Origin: Leucoraja ocellata
Lineage: Eukaryota
Assembly: GCA_036785375.1 (NCBI GenBank)
Contig: JAWMAR010000151.1
Coordinates: 3,100,001 to 3,164,000 of the forward strand
DNA length: 64,000 bases
Reading direction: 5' to 3'
The number at the start of each line of letters is the position of its first letter. Within the stretch, counting starts at the first letter, position 1. The position numbers and the translations under genes are program-made. Below, piece by piece: positions 1-13,073 of this stretch. The notes beneath the pieces were generated by a model, which was not told where the DNA came from, made no database searches, and saw only the letters and a list, made by a program, of their open reading frames with translations.

Positions 1-893
1 CTTTCAGTCAATGGCTCCATTCACAATTCATCAGTTTTCCCCAACCCTTGTAAAATAAGAGAGTTATGCCTATGATATCTTCAACATACACACACTTCAT
101 CACTCATTATTAAAGTTTTGATTGAAGTGAGTTAGTGGATGAGAAAAGAGAAAATATTAAATTATGCCATGGTAAAAGTGTTACACGTAAATATTTCCAC
201 AAGCTGCACAATACTAATGGAATGATTAGTACTGTTAATTACGCTACTAGTCTAGCAGTGTGTAATCTCTCTCACAGGCTGACTAGTTGGTGTTCTAAAA
301 GGAGGTGTTAATTTCCCCACATCCCTGTGCTTCTGCCTCTAAGGCTGTAGGAAGGACAATTCGGATCTCAGGGACTATGTGACAAATACGTATGCTTGGA
401 CCAAGACATTGGGAGAACTGTTTTATCTGAACAGAAATTGCATGTGTAACAAGCCATCAGGGGAGAACATTGCATTATGCATTATTTTGTGTAATTGTTC
501 AGAAATTGGCCACCTCCATCATAAGATCATAGCTAATTAATTACACTTCACTGGCGAAGGCAGCATTTAGTACCCATCCCTAATCACCAGCTCATTTAGG
601 AGTAGGTTAACAATACTGGTGGAGTCATGTGACATACTGGGTAGAGATTTCCTTCTCTAAAAGACTTCAAAGAACCAAATAATTCCTTAAAACTATCTTG
701 TTGTTTCATAGCATCGTCGCTGATAGAGCTTTCTTTTTAACTTTAGATAATTATTTACACTTATTTTACAAGTAAGCCTACTGAGAATTAAGTACGTGAA
801 TTGATTCTGGAACAAGGTACTACATTTTGAGTGCTGGCTCAGTAATGTAACCACAATGTTCCTGTATCAATTGGACAAACATTAGAATTACTA

Positions 894-958
894 ATGTAGA
901 ATAACCTTCGCTCCATAGATGCTGCTGCACCCGCTGAGTTTCTCCAGCATTTTTGTGT
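894..958 (+). mobile_element. Short retroposed fragment of the palindromic (Penelope-type) repeat family with a 15-bp TSD
   Basis: ACATTAGAATTACTA at 879-893 and 959-973; the body is near-identical to 20894-20949. Confidence 0.75.
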
Positions 959-1184
959 ACATTAGAATTACTAGGCTATTTTTAATTGACCTATAATTGC
1001 AAAACTTGTTATTTGAATGGATTAGATGATATGTTGGATTAATCCAACAATGGGAACAAATCAACTTCAACTACATATTTATGTATAAAATACACTTCTC
1101 ATGTGTTACATTCTCAGATTTTAAATAAAGCGATCTATAACATGAAAATAAGTGAAAATGAAAAAATAACTACATCTAAAAAAC

Positions 1185-1412
1185 CCCCAGAAAATGCTGG
1201 AAAAACTCAGCAGTGTACGACAGCATCTTTCGAAAGAGAAAATTAAAGTTAACATTTCATGTTGAAGACCCTTCATCAGAACTAAAAAAGAGAGCTAAGA
1301 ACTGAGGAAGTGAAAATTCTTTGTAGTTCTGATGAAAAGCTTTAAATCTGAAATGATAACTTTATTCCTTTCTTCAGATGCTGCCAACCTGCAGAGTTTA
1401 TTTATTGGCGTT
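1185..1412. repeat. Old inverted-repeat copy of the same family; each arm has a degenerate CTGATGA..GAAA motif
   Basis: Arm ~1190-1283 is roughly the reverse complement of arm ~1325-1410. Confidence 0.6.
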
Positions 1413-1415
1413 TTG

Positions 1416-1565
1416 GACGCGTGTCATGATATTGCACCACAGGCTCACGTGTAACATGATAATGCACTGCAGGTACACATATAACACGATGGTGCACCTC
1501 AGGTACACGTGTAATATGATGGTGCACCTCAGGCACAGATGTTACATCATGATGCATCGCAAGCA
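1416..1565. repeat. 30-bp minisatellite, 5 copies
   Basis: Units start at 1416, 1446, 1476, 1506 and 1536; consensus about CACGTGTAACATGATGGTGCACCTCAGGTA. Confidence 0.85.
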
Positions 1566-2659
1566 CTGTGCCAGTTTCAGACAACACAAGGAGAGATGAG
1601 TTGATAGCTTTGAGGTCCTGGTGTTTTCCAGGGAAGGTTATAGTACAGGAGAATATGCTGTAAGGATGACAGTATTCATGGGATTATAATTAACTCTGCT
1701 ACCTGGCCTGATAAACTGGCTCTCAATCACATTTGGGCTGATTAATTGTCAAATAATTGTTCTGATTTTTTAACCGTCACCAAAGAATATTAAGCACCAT
1801 ACAATTTTGCAAAGGAAATGCTGAGAAGCCACCAATCCACTACATGCTGAGAAAGAGAAGCCATTCTAATCATCTACTAAATTGCAATCAATAAGCTAAG
1901 GTACATTCACAAAGCAAAGACATTAATGGTTTAGATTAAATAATGGTTTGAAGGTGCCAATGATTTTTTTGTATTAAGTACAGGGAATATTGAGTGGTTT
2001 TCCATTATTTGAACTTTATGCGCGCAGTGTTCACTTTACTAAAGAACTTGGCGTTAAATGGAATCAGATTCCTGTTCCATCAATCTCAGGTCCAAACAGC
2101 ATGGGTCGGGTGTGGAGCTTTCATTATATCTAATTCGTGATACATCTGATGTGGTAATGTTTAATAGGGAAACATTAGAAGGAGTTTTGCTCTCTATATT
2201 GCGTTGAATCTTATCTGGATGATGTGATACTAGCGAGAGGTTTAGTCAGTATCCAACTATCATGTACCTGACTGTAGTATCTCCTGATTCTGATCTACCC
2301 AGTACCTGAGACGATCCAACTGTCCAAGAAGCCTGTTTCTGTTTTTAATCCGGGGAATACTTTACACATTAGAGAACGCTTTACTCAATTAAACTTATGT
2401 TGTAACTTATAGAGGAGCAGTAAGAATTATCAAGAAATGAGGCGAGTTAAACAGGGCACTTCTAAACTGAATGAGCAACCTACACAGGAAAATAAAGAGG
2501 CACAGGTAGAGATGTGGGGTGTTAGGGGGAAGGCCATCAGTGAGAGCACTGGGAATCTAAGAGAAGCAACATGAAAATTAGTTTGCCGTGTGTTAAACGC
2601 TGGCAGCTTCAAACTGGGCTCAAAGGACTCTCCTGCTGAATGCTCAGTGTCTAACCTAC

Positions 2660-2765
2660 CTATCCTCCAGGGATGGATGTGTGTGGCCTGCCGTTAGAAT
2701 ATTCAAGGACAGGATGTTGGGATCGATGATAGAATCATCTGACTCTGGTGTGTTCCGGATCCGAC
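2660..2765 (-). CDS. KIF1A: KIF1A exon: (G)[34 protein letters not shown](R)
   Basis: 106 nt; CCATAG acceptor, TAG|GTAGGT donor; phase 1-2; the next known exon lies beyond position 1. Confidence 0.95.
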
Positions 2766-3904
2766 CTATGGAAGAGATAATATGCATCTGGTTAACAAGG
2801 GCAGCAAAAGCAAAATCAATTAAATTGTGCATTGGAGGTTCTGCTGTTACTTTATGAGCCTACGTCTGATTACATTTATGTTTGTCACTTCTCTTTATAG
2901 TTATTCCATCAGATATATTGAGACAGTATGTAAACTCAGGTGGTTGAGGGTCAGCTATTCCATTGGATTTCTCTGCAGTGCTCCAGAGGCTGTACCTTCA
3001 GCTCAGGCTCTATTGATGTAGGGCCAATTCCCATTACATTGACTTGGACATGTAATCTAATTCATTGGAGAGAATGCTGCACCAGTGGAAATTCCCTTCA
3101 TCAAGTGAAATGACAGACAAAGACCTGACTTCCCCCATCATACCCCTCGGATGCATACAAAAAATCCCACGGCTCTGTATCTGAGATGTGCACAGGAAGT
3201 CTGCCTGGTGTCCTGACCAATATTTATCCTTACCCAACAATACAAGAAACCAGATTGGCCAAGAAATTCTGTCATGTAGTTGACAGAAAGTTGTATGGAT
3301 GGTTTAATTGGAAACTTACTTGCTAAATGCATTAAGCATTTCTCTGCATGGATAATAAATCTGCAGTGTGGTCTCTGATGATTTTAGGTATGTTTGTGGT
3401 ATCAATTTGAGACAACAAATCAAATCAACTTTGCAAAATGTGACTGTGCATTTGTGGATTATGAAGGGTGTTCTTTTGAATGATTGGAACGGCGTGTCCA
3501 CTATGTTTTGCAACATTAATTGCTGCCCCAATGACCAGTGCTGATGACATTATCTTTCTGGCCATCAGCAAGAGTGGTTGAAGAGGCCGCTGAGTGTCCT
3601 TGCTGTGGCAGGAGACTGGACAGCAGTGTGCAATTAACATCCTCAGTCACCTCGCATTATATCCCCTTCTTTGATGCCAACTTTTGTCTGAGGATGGTTC
3701 TTCAAAGTTCCTTGGTATGCTTTTATGTATTGAAGATGCTCTTTAGCGCAAGCTGCTTTCATTATGTGTGACTTTTTGGGACTTTGGAATCCAAAGACTG
3801 TATCTTTAGATTTGCAGCCACCTAGATAACTTGCCCATCAATGAGCTGAATTACATGAAATTTAGATAATGACCGTACCGGTAATTGCTTTCTTCCCTAC
3901 TTAC

Positions 3905-3989
3905 CCACAACCAGTTCTCGTACTTCCTTCCAATGTATATCACTTCCTGTCTCATGCACAATAGTAACTGTTATCCTTCTTTGGATTCC
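3905..3989 (-). CDS. KIF1A: KIF1A exon: [28 protein letters not shown]
   Basis: 85 nt; TGATAG acceptor, TGG|GTAAGT donor; phase 0-1. Confidence 0.96.
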
Positions 3990-5134
3990 CTATCAAAAAC
4001 AGAAAATAAAATGCCTGAGTCACACAATTCCAAACATCCTTTGACAAATCTTCAACGGGTCAAGGAAGTCCTCTACTCAAAAGGAATGGGAAGTGGGGGA
4101 GAAGAATACATGAACATGTAAGTTGCAATGGCCACAATAGAAAAGACTTCTCTTTGAAGCAGTTATAACCTGGAATAAATACTTGGAGTTGATCTGTGTT
4201 ACTATCCTTTTGGCCATTTCCATCACAAAATGATTTAATCAGTTTGAATGTTTCAATACTACTGATCTGATTTAAAAAAACATAGAATTACACACTCCCC
4301 TTACAACACCTGACCTTGATAACGTGTCAGATTACGTTAGGAACATAAAATTCAACAGCATTTTTAAATGGAATTTGTGCTCCCACTGGGGAAAGCTCTG
4401 TGCTGCATGGTCTAATATGTAAAATACAACATCATTGTGCTATAAAAGTAGTCATCAGTTCTTATTGCCCCTGGTCCAATTCGTATTTACTTGACTGCAA
4501 GGCTAAATTTGTCAATGAAATTGTCCTCATTTTACCCACAATAGAAAAAACACAATTGCTCTCACCATTCACTGTTCACCTCATTCACTGCTCTCAGATT
4601 TCTGTTCATCGACACCATGAGTACACTTTTCACTGATTTATCAGTGGGTCCAATACTGCAGCAGGGATCAGGCTAACATGGATGAGATGGAAATGGAGGA
4701 GCCTGATGTGGCCTCCCCACTCACTATGTATATTGAGCTTAGCTGGAGCAAAAGGGGACCAAAACCTAGATCGCAGTAAGATTGACTGTATGAAGAAGAG
4801 ACATGACCAACTGTAATAGGTGGGGAGAGGATAGAAGCTAAAGATCAGGAAGAAATTACTCATTCAACAGGTCTGGCCATATTCCGCTCAGGATTGTGAG
4901 GAAGTTTAGAACTACTTATAAAAGTCAAGTAAAACACCTTCACTATCCAGTTCAGTTATTGTTGTTGCTAAGTGCTAAATCTTCCATCATTTCCCATCCA
5001 GATGAAAGGTTATTGATCTGAAATATTATTGGTGTGACTCTTTTTTCCAGCATTGCCTGTACTATGGATGATTACTACTGGATTTTGTTGAAAAGTAGTT
5101 ACGTTCTCAGTAGGTAGCTACTTGTGGCCTGATA

Positions 5135-5630
5135 GCAATTGCAGAGTTGTTGATGTAGTCCAGTCTATCGCACAAACCGATATCCCCTCATTGATTCCAC
5201 CTGTATTTCATGCTGCCTTGGGAAAGCAGCCAACATAATCAAGGACCATGTTTACCCGGGTAATTCCCTCTTCTTCCTTCCCCACAGTGGGCAGAAGATA
5301 CAAACGCCTGAAAGTGCATACCACCAGATTCAGGAAGAGCTTCTTCCCCACTGTTATCAGACTGAATGGTCCGTTAGAACAGCTAAAGAGGTAGTCCCAA
5401 TCTTCTAATCTACCACACTGTGGACCCTGTATTTTTTTGTTATCTGCATTTTCTCTGTAACTGTAATGCTATAATAGTATATTCTGCGTTATATACCAGT
5501 AAACTCTGGTATTTTTTTCTCTTTGCATTACCTGTTGGACCTGATTGCACTTGTGTATAGTATGATTTGATTGGACAGCACATAAACAAATATCTCAGTA
5601 CACATAAGAATGATAAAGCAATACCAATAG
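5135..5630 (+). mobile_element. Rex1/Babar-type LINE 3' fragment (old)
   Basis: Degenerate ORF end (…RYKRLK.HTTRFRKSFFPTVIR) followed by a T-rich 3'UTR. Confidence 0.6.
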
Positions 5631-5779
5631 CTCAACATGCCTCTTTTAACACTGAATATTCTTTAACCAAAGCCAAAAGCTGCTGAAGGAGAGACATGCG
5701 TAACAGATTGAACATTTTTTTATCAGAGACAACAGGCATAACATAAAAATCCAGTTTGAGACTGTTTGTGCAGCAGTAC

Positions 5780-5846
5780 CTGGTGCAGTAGGAAAGTTCC
5801 ATGACAGGGCATTCCACCTCTATGGTCGACTACAGCGGGAATATAC
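5780..5846 (-). CDS. KIF1A: KIF1A exon (DUF3694 region): [22 protein letters not shown]
   Basis: 67 nt; CTGCAG acceptor, CAG|GTACTG donor; phase 2-0. Confidence 0.96.
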
Positions 5847-5960
5847 CTGCAGAAGGAAAAGGGAGACACTGTTTGTCCTCTAGGCTGCAATTTATGTGGG
5901 GGGAGGAGTCAGTCTCAGTCCGAGATGTAGATGGTGAACAGGAAGGGTAACAGTACTTAC

Positions 5961-6069
5961 TCTCCAGTAGCCTCCAACTCACAGATCTCAAAGAATACCA
6001 GCAGGTCATATTTGCCTTGACACTGCCCTGCAGTGGGGCGGCTCATGGTGCTCAACTTGGTCGCTGGCA
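5961..6069 (-). CDS. KIF1A: KIF1A exon: (V)[35 protein letters not shown](E)
   Basis: 109 nt; TTACAG acceptor, AGA|GTAAGT donor; phase 1-2. Confidence 0.96.
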
Positions 6070-9026
6070 CTGTAAGGACAATAATCATTAGTCAGGGCAA
6101 TGGAAGGAGCCCAAGTGTGAGTGCAAATCTTGCAACTGGTTCTGTCACTAGCTTGCAACAATTACTGTTCAAAAAGCTGCTACTTTGTTAAGTGGCAAAA
6201 TTGGCATGCAAAATATGAATCAATCTTCACTTTATTTTTCAAAATGCGGATTGTGACAGGTTCAGTTCTACAATTGTGCAATCATTCTTTTTCACAATGG
6301 GACCAGGAAGAGTAGCTTGGCTGGGATAATTTTCTTGGATCAAGAGAGAAACTGGGGGGAAATTTAATTGCCGTTTAAAATCATGGGTGGCGTGAACTGA
6401 AATAATCTTAGCAGGGAATTTAGAAACAAGGGGGGGTGATTTGTTAATTGGATTAGGGGAGTTACAAAAACAAATTTGAGTGTTAGGGATCTGGAATTTA
6501 CTGTCTGGAAGGGTGTTGGAGGCAGAGCCCTCATTTAAACATTGCCTGGATGACTACTTGAGGTAGGTGCAGGGCCAAGGATTAGGATTGGGAGAGAAAA
6601 TGTCATCTTAAGTCTATGTGCGTGAAGATGTTCAGTTAAGTGGATTTCTGCTCCACACTTTCTAAGATAATTGGGCAGCTCAAGGAGTCTCTGGATTTTG
6701 CAGCGGTTTAGAGATTAGATTCACAGTGGGCTGAAAGACTCTTACCACACTAAAACTGACAAACAAAATCACAATTTCTTACACAAGATAAAAATGACCC
6801 AAAACACAGCAGACACTCAGAAGAATTAAGAGTAAAGACCACACAGCACACAGCATTGACCGATCTCACTCCCGTTTCATCTTTCTTAAATGTGTTCTTC
6901 CTTTTTCACACATGTATTAACCACCTGGAGCAGAACTTGATTTTCCTCAGAAGGACCATCAAACCTGAGATGTTCTCTGCTCCACTTGTTTATGTGTTTA
7001 ATTTATCATTCAACAAATCTAATTTAGTAATACAAATGTTTTTTTGTAGCAGCCTATCTTTGTGGCATCACACCCCACCTATCTCTCCAGCTCCTGCTTT
7101 GCTGCATAGGAACTAAATTCAGGGAATGTACATCTTCCACTAAATTTCAACTTTCACTCTTGGACCTGTCATTCTCAGTTAGAAAACAAAAATTCACATC
7201 CCACCCCTAACAATTCATTCCTTCTTACATTAAAATGCAAATCTGTACATTTCCCTGCAGCTTCATGTTCTCTTCTGAAAGGATCGAGTCACCTTCCGAA
7301 GATTTGCGCACACAATGACAGATTCAATCACACCAAAATCTGATTAGAATGAGTACTCTGATCACTATGAAAATGTCACTGTGCAATGGGCCAAGAGCAC
7401 TCTGTGGCTCGACGTTAGCTTCTTGAATTAAAATTAACATGTAAAAATTAAACAAAAGGGCACCTGTTGGGGTGTGATTGAATAACAGCAATGGACTAAG
7501 TGTGCATAGTTTTCAAATTGCATTGGCTATCAAGCAGCTCAACTGCGAATCAGGTTTTGGGTTGTCAATTGCGAACGGTGCATTACTGTAATCACTTCAG
7601 TCTTGCTCTCCATTGACAAGAGCCACTGAGGACTCCTCTACTACCTTCTATTGTCAATGTAATTAAAAAATAAACCTTAACTTCACATCATCACCAAATT
7701 GATTTGGTCCTTCTATCTACCTTGGAGGAAACTTCCTTAGACTTTCTTAGACTTCACCAAGGGTTTTCAATTTCCAAATTGTACATGAATCACAAATATT
7801 GGCATCAATATCAAATATTTCAAAGTTATTCTGTAGTCACATCTATTTGCAATTTAGTTGCACACTCTTGTCCACTGTTGTATGTTACTGAGTAAGACAC
7901 AAGGGCACAGGACTGAGAAATGACACACTGCTGCATCCTGTGGGAAATCACTTTAAATTGGGTATATCACCAGGGGCAAGAGAAGTGATGGGAATAAAAC
8001 AGGGAATCAGCATCTTCAGGAAGTATGCAGAAATTTATCGACTGAGATTCCATCAGTAAACATTATTTTTCTTAGATTATCCCAAAATCAAATTACAGAA
8101 AGAACACAAAGTAAGGAAAATAGAATATCCAAGGCCTTTCAGAGTCCAGCCACTCACCACTGCAATGTATGTTCAGTGTGAAAGAAAATGGTCAGAACAT
8201 AGTTATGGGGTACATTACACATTCATATAAGACAGGAAGAGGGGAAGGTGAGGTACCCAACTGTGCCTGGAGATAGATCACTGAACTGAATCAGGCACAG
8301 TAAATATCCAAAAATCTGGTATCCAATTATTTGAAAACCCCTATGGTTTAGTTCAGCATCTGCCTCACTCATTTGTGTACTAAATCTTCCGTATCCATTG
8401 AATTACTATTAATGTACCATCCAGATGCTTGTGAGGTTATCTGTGTCGTTTTTAATGCATAGACAGGGTGTGTGACCAGACCTCTGCTCAGCGTGTGGAA
8501 TATCTCGGGTCAGGGGCATGAGTGTAGGTTTGTGGCTGGATCCAGGGTCTGGGGTGCTTGAATGTGTCAACTTGTTTTGATTTTCGAAAAGCTGAAACTT
8601 ATTAGCTCCTGTTTCTTGTGTGACCTTTAAACATGCTAGAGAGATTCCTGCTCCCTTTAAACTTATGGAAATTGAATACTTTATTTTTAATACATATGTT
8701 TATTTAAAAAAGTGAATTAAAAGTGTGTGATACCAGCATTGTACTGAGGATGCTGGATTACCACATTGTCCTGTGAAGTTTCATGTATAACATGTGTGGG
8801 AGAATAATTAGTTGACCATACAGGGTTTTAAAGTTAAAACATACAGGAGGAGTGTTGAAGCATCCAGTAAAGCACAAAGAGTTGAGTAGATGGAGCACAC
8901 AACTAGGTAAGGTGAACACACTCATAGTTTAAGAAATGGGCCATGAATTTGGCAATAATATGTGGAGCTGTTTTGGGGTAAAGTATCCAATTGAAGTGAC
9001 TTCCAACAGGCTCCTTTGCTACGAAC

Positions 9027-9221
9027 CGTGTGTCTGGGCTTTCATGACAGCACAGCCAAGGGAAGAGGGAAGGGGCAAGTGGACATAATCCTCCTCCTCG
9101 GAGAGATAGGAAACAGCAACACTAGCAGCAGACACGGCGTGCATGGACAGCGAGTCCAGGAATGGGAGGTTCAACCCATCAGGCATCAGGTGTTTAATTA
9201 AAACAAGTGCTTTCTCATTCT
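9027..9221 (-). CDS. KIF1A: Candidate alternative KIF1A cassette exon (E)NEKALVLIKHLMPDGLNLPFLDSLSMHAVSAASVAVSYLSEEEDYVHLPLPSSLGCAVMKAQTH
   Basis: 195 nt, phase 1-1 matching the host intron, no stop; T-rich tract plus TTTTGCAG acceptor; ACG|GTTCGT donor; not a KIF1A segment I recognise. Confidence 0.5.
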
Positions 9222-11988
9222 CTGCAAAATGTGACATGGGAACAGAAAATAACAGAAATCATAACATTGCACCAACTCAGACAGGCTGCCTAATGAAGAA
9301 AGAAACGTGTTAGTATTCCCAGTCCCCATCCACTGCCCCACCAAGACCAGACAATTGCTGCAGGTTAGAGTGTGCGAGAGAAAACGTGAATGCTGTCCTT
9401 GGATATTGTCTAGCCCTGGGACGCTTATCTGATTTCAGGTGCTTTTACTTCTGATAAATGAGACCTGACCTATCTATTCTCATCTCTCTACCTGCAATAC
9501 TCAGTAAAACAATGCAGTTCTTAGAAAAGGTGGCATTGTAGATTAATGAACATGCCCTAATATCATGTGCTGCTGTCAACAATCTGGCAATTAAGTCCTC
9601 CAAGCAGTATCTGGCAACTAGATCCAGTGAGACTGGTTTCTCAGATGCGACATGCTGAAAGGTTGATTTTATGAAAATAGATCATGTTCGAGATTTGTTT
9701 GGGTGGATTTTCACCAGTCTCGAAAATGGTTTTTGTAGTTACAGATTAATGATTTTTTCCTGGCATCAGGTGCATGCCTAGTGATGTCACTATTCACACC
9801 AGGGCTGTTATTGCCCACTCTGACATTAATTGGAACTTAAAACTCCACATTGGGGATCTTGTGGAAGACTCACTAAAAACTGGAACACATTGTGCTTGCC
9901 TGGGTATTGTTCTCACAGCCGGCATTGGGGGAATTGACCAGGCATCTTCAAAATTAACAACGAACCGCACAGGCACTTTCCAAAGTTAACGATCTTGAAC
10001 TAACAGGGAATGTTTCTCTCAGCATTCAGCTTCTGAGATACCAATTCAAAGGGTAAACATGGTATGACTGCTGGCAGCATACAGTTGCCATAGGCATCAT
10101 TACAGCCATGGTTGGCCTTAAAGACCTCAGGTGAAGCCATGTTCATCCATGGAGACAACTCCAGAGATCCATGGATAGTGTCACTGGAGGCATAATTACA
10201 GTCATGCTGGCCATTCAGGATGGGCCAGACCTCAGGAGAAGTTCATTATTAGAGACAATTCCCAGTGAGTCTTTGAGATGCCAAAATACATGGTCCTCCC
10301 AGACAACAATGTACATGTCAGCTCAGGTTTCCATGGCTATTGTCACTGAAAACAGAAAGACCTTCAATTATGCTCATGTCTAGACCGTGTTGTTCACTGA
10401 TCGGTCATGTTTCTTAGTTTTCTGACAATGTATCATTTCTTAAGCAGACCCTTGCCAACCCTCTTAATTTAGCTCATTGTGGAGTAGAGAGGTTACTCAG
10501 ACTATCTGTTCACATAGAAATTGTTTAATCTCTTGTTTTTGGTGCGAAGGAGACACCTGGACAGCACTGTTGGCTTCCAACCAATGCAGGCGATTATGCA
10601 CTGCCTCACACTTCATGTAGAGCTCCCTTGAATAACCTGGACTGGTTTATTAATAGGAAAAGTTTCTGCTTCATCCATATGCAAGCTTTGACAACAACGA
10701 GAAGAATATCACGTTTCTGTGAAACACAAGTCATTTCCTTTCCTGAGGGAGTCAGGACTTCTGATCAAAACTGGAACTCTCTCCCATCTCCATGGTGCCT
10801 GTTGTTTAAACCCTGATACTTCTATGTTTCTCTTGCTCAGCAAGTAGACTACATTAACCCGAGTCTGATTCCATCAAGAACCACATAGATCCCGTTTCAG
10901 GGGGATCACCAGCCTAAGCTAGCTTCAAAAATGTGTTTTTAACTTTCTCTTTTTTTTGAGTAAGTCCTAATCTGGTACAAGCACAAAGCATGACAAATGC
11001 CTGTGCACTGAAAATAGACAAAATCTAGTTCTGGGCTCAGATTCTTTCCAGCGTGGTTTTTACGGTCTTCATTATTGATAAGCTCCTCATTCCAAATTTG
11101 TTTAACTAACTTAAGATGACTTGTGGAGGAAGATGAACTCATGTCTGCATTATTAAGTCCAAGTTTTTGCTAATGGATGCCGAAGTGTTGATGTTAGAAC
11201 GGTGCAGGGCACCAAGGATGAAGTTCAGGATTACCTCAATGATCACAGGATGAAGTTAAAAGTTGCCCTTGGACTGATCGAGACAGACTGAGGCTGATAT
11301 TGATACCAGGTTAAGCTTTAAGGTTAATACTTGGAAACCCAACCTCTCCACTGTAGCCTGGTTTCAATCTCAGTAGAAAGCCTGAGGTCAGAGATTGGCA
11401 CTGATGAATGTGGTGGTAGTTTCAGAGTCAAGGTCTTTGTCAATGTAGAGAGTATGGCAGTTAAGCGGCTGAGGGAGAGTGGATGGGAAGCCTTGATTAT
11501 GTCTGAAACATGCAATGCCACTCACTGATGTTATAGAGAGAATGTTTGCCCATTTTCAATCTGATATGTACAAACTAAATTTCTGAGCATGTCCATCAAG
11601 ATCTTTGCATTACTCTTGCCTCCTTCCTTCTCTACTACCCTGAAGTTGCTGTCTCTTGCTCCAGTTTGATGGTTTCCCACAGGCGACCTGATACTCTCGA
11701 GCCTGAGGGACTAGTGGACTGAGCACAGGACCGGCATAGGACTCAGCTATAACAGGACCAGCACCTCCAACTCATCATCAGTCACTGTTGGTGACTGCAA
11801 TGAAATTGAGGTTTTCTAATTCACAAATATAAGGGACCTGATGTCATCTGAGATATCCGAAAATTCACCTTCACCAATAAATTGATTGGGTAAAGGATAT
11901 TGTATACAATAAGTGACTGCTTTTTGCTGTTTCCCAGTTAATTGTCACTAAGTTCATCAATAAAGCATGAAACGTTCAATTGTCTCAC

Positions 11989-12044
11989 CTGGTTTACTCA
12001 AGGGCATCACCCGAGGGAACTGCCGGCGAGAAGGTCTTAAAGGA
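11989..12044 (-). CDS. KIF1A: KIF1A exon: PLRPSRRQFPRVMPLSKP
   Basis: 56 nt; TCTCAG acceptor, CAG|GTGAGA donor; phase 2-1. Confidence 0.95.
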
Positions 12045-12249
12045 CTGAGAGTAGAGAGAGACAAGACCAAGTAAAAATCACTTAGAAAACACAATGCAGC
12101 TGGGTGATTTTGAAGAGCAGATCACTGGTTACACCATAAATAGATAATTCATTTTGCTTGCACAGTGAAATTCCTAGTTTAGTTGATAAGTGCAGGGTCT
12201 GATAAAATGTAAAAAAAACTATTTCTCTTGGAATGAAGGCTATCTCCGG

Positions 12250-12780
12250 GGCATGGCAACTAACCCATTGTCATATGAGCAGGAGAAAAGTATATAGTCC
12301 CTTAAGCCTATTAGACCATTTAATGGGAACTTGGCTGACCAATATCACACTTTGCTCCCAATCCTTGATAACTTAATGAACAAAAAGTATCAATCTCTGA
12401 TTAATGATTGATTGCTGAACTGAATTTCCAGAGGAGAGGAAAAAACTTTTACCAACTTCCATGCAGAAATGTCTTAACTTCCCTCCTTATAGCTCTGACT
12501 CAGTTATTTTGGTTATGTGTTTTGGTTATGTGGTTACCTGGTTGCCAACCTGTGGGAAAAAAATATCTCTATCCCCTCTATCAGACTTTCTTAATGTCTT
12601 GAAGATTTCAGTCAATTCTAAGTTCTAGTGACTTCAGTTTCTGTAAACTATTCTCGCAACTGGCCTTCTAGCATTTTAGCTATTGCTCCAAGCTGAACAT
12701 ATCCTTCTAGACTGTGGTGCATAGTACCGAATCAGGTATGCCAGCTGTCATCTAAACTAGGGTTATGTATACCTGGACTA
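12250..12780 (-). mobile_element. Degenerate CR1-type LINE 3' fragment
   Basis: Resembles the reverse complement of the other CR1 3' ends in the window. Confidence 0.45.
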
Positions 12781-13073
12781 CCCACCGCAGACACTTGAAG
12801 GGTCTGAAAAAATATCACCAATGCTGTCCCATTCATTCACACCAGACCTTCTTTTCATTATCCCCCATGTTCTCCTGAAGCTTCGGTTTCTCCCTACACT
12901 CAAAGGCGTGCTGGTAGGTTAACTGGTAACTTATCCTTTAGAGTGATTCATGGTAAAAAGAGTCAAATGGTTTTGATGGGTGTGTGCGAGAGAATAATGT
13001 AGGAATATAAAATAAGGAGAGGGAGAATGAGACTGATTGGTTCAGTCCCCTGGAAGCTGGCATGGCCCTGCAG

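Noticed and set aside
1416-1565. CRISPR-like array
   Set aside because: Contiguous tandem units without unique spacers, in a vertebrate intron.
2306-2332. 27-nt AG..GT segment, phase 2-2, in an intron where I recall KIF1A micro-exons
   Set aside because: The upstream sequence is purine-rich with no pyrimidine tract, the FLDS-like peptide is in the wrong frame, and it sits in a degenerate tandem repeat (~2100-2420).
9640-11790. Possible very old minus-strand L2/CR1-like LINE
   Set aside because: Only faint endonuclease-like remnants (GNF/GDF-like motifs); boundaries and family cannot be supported by eye.
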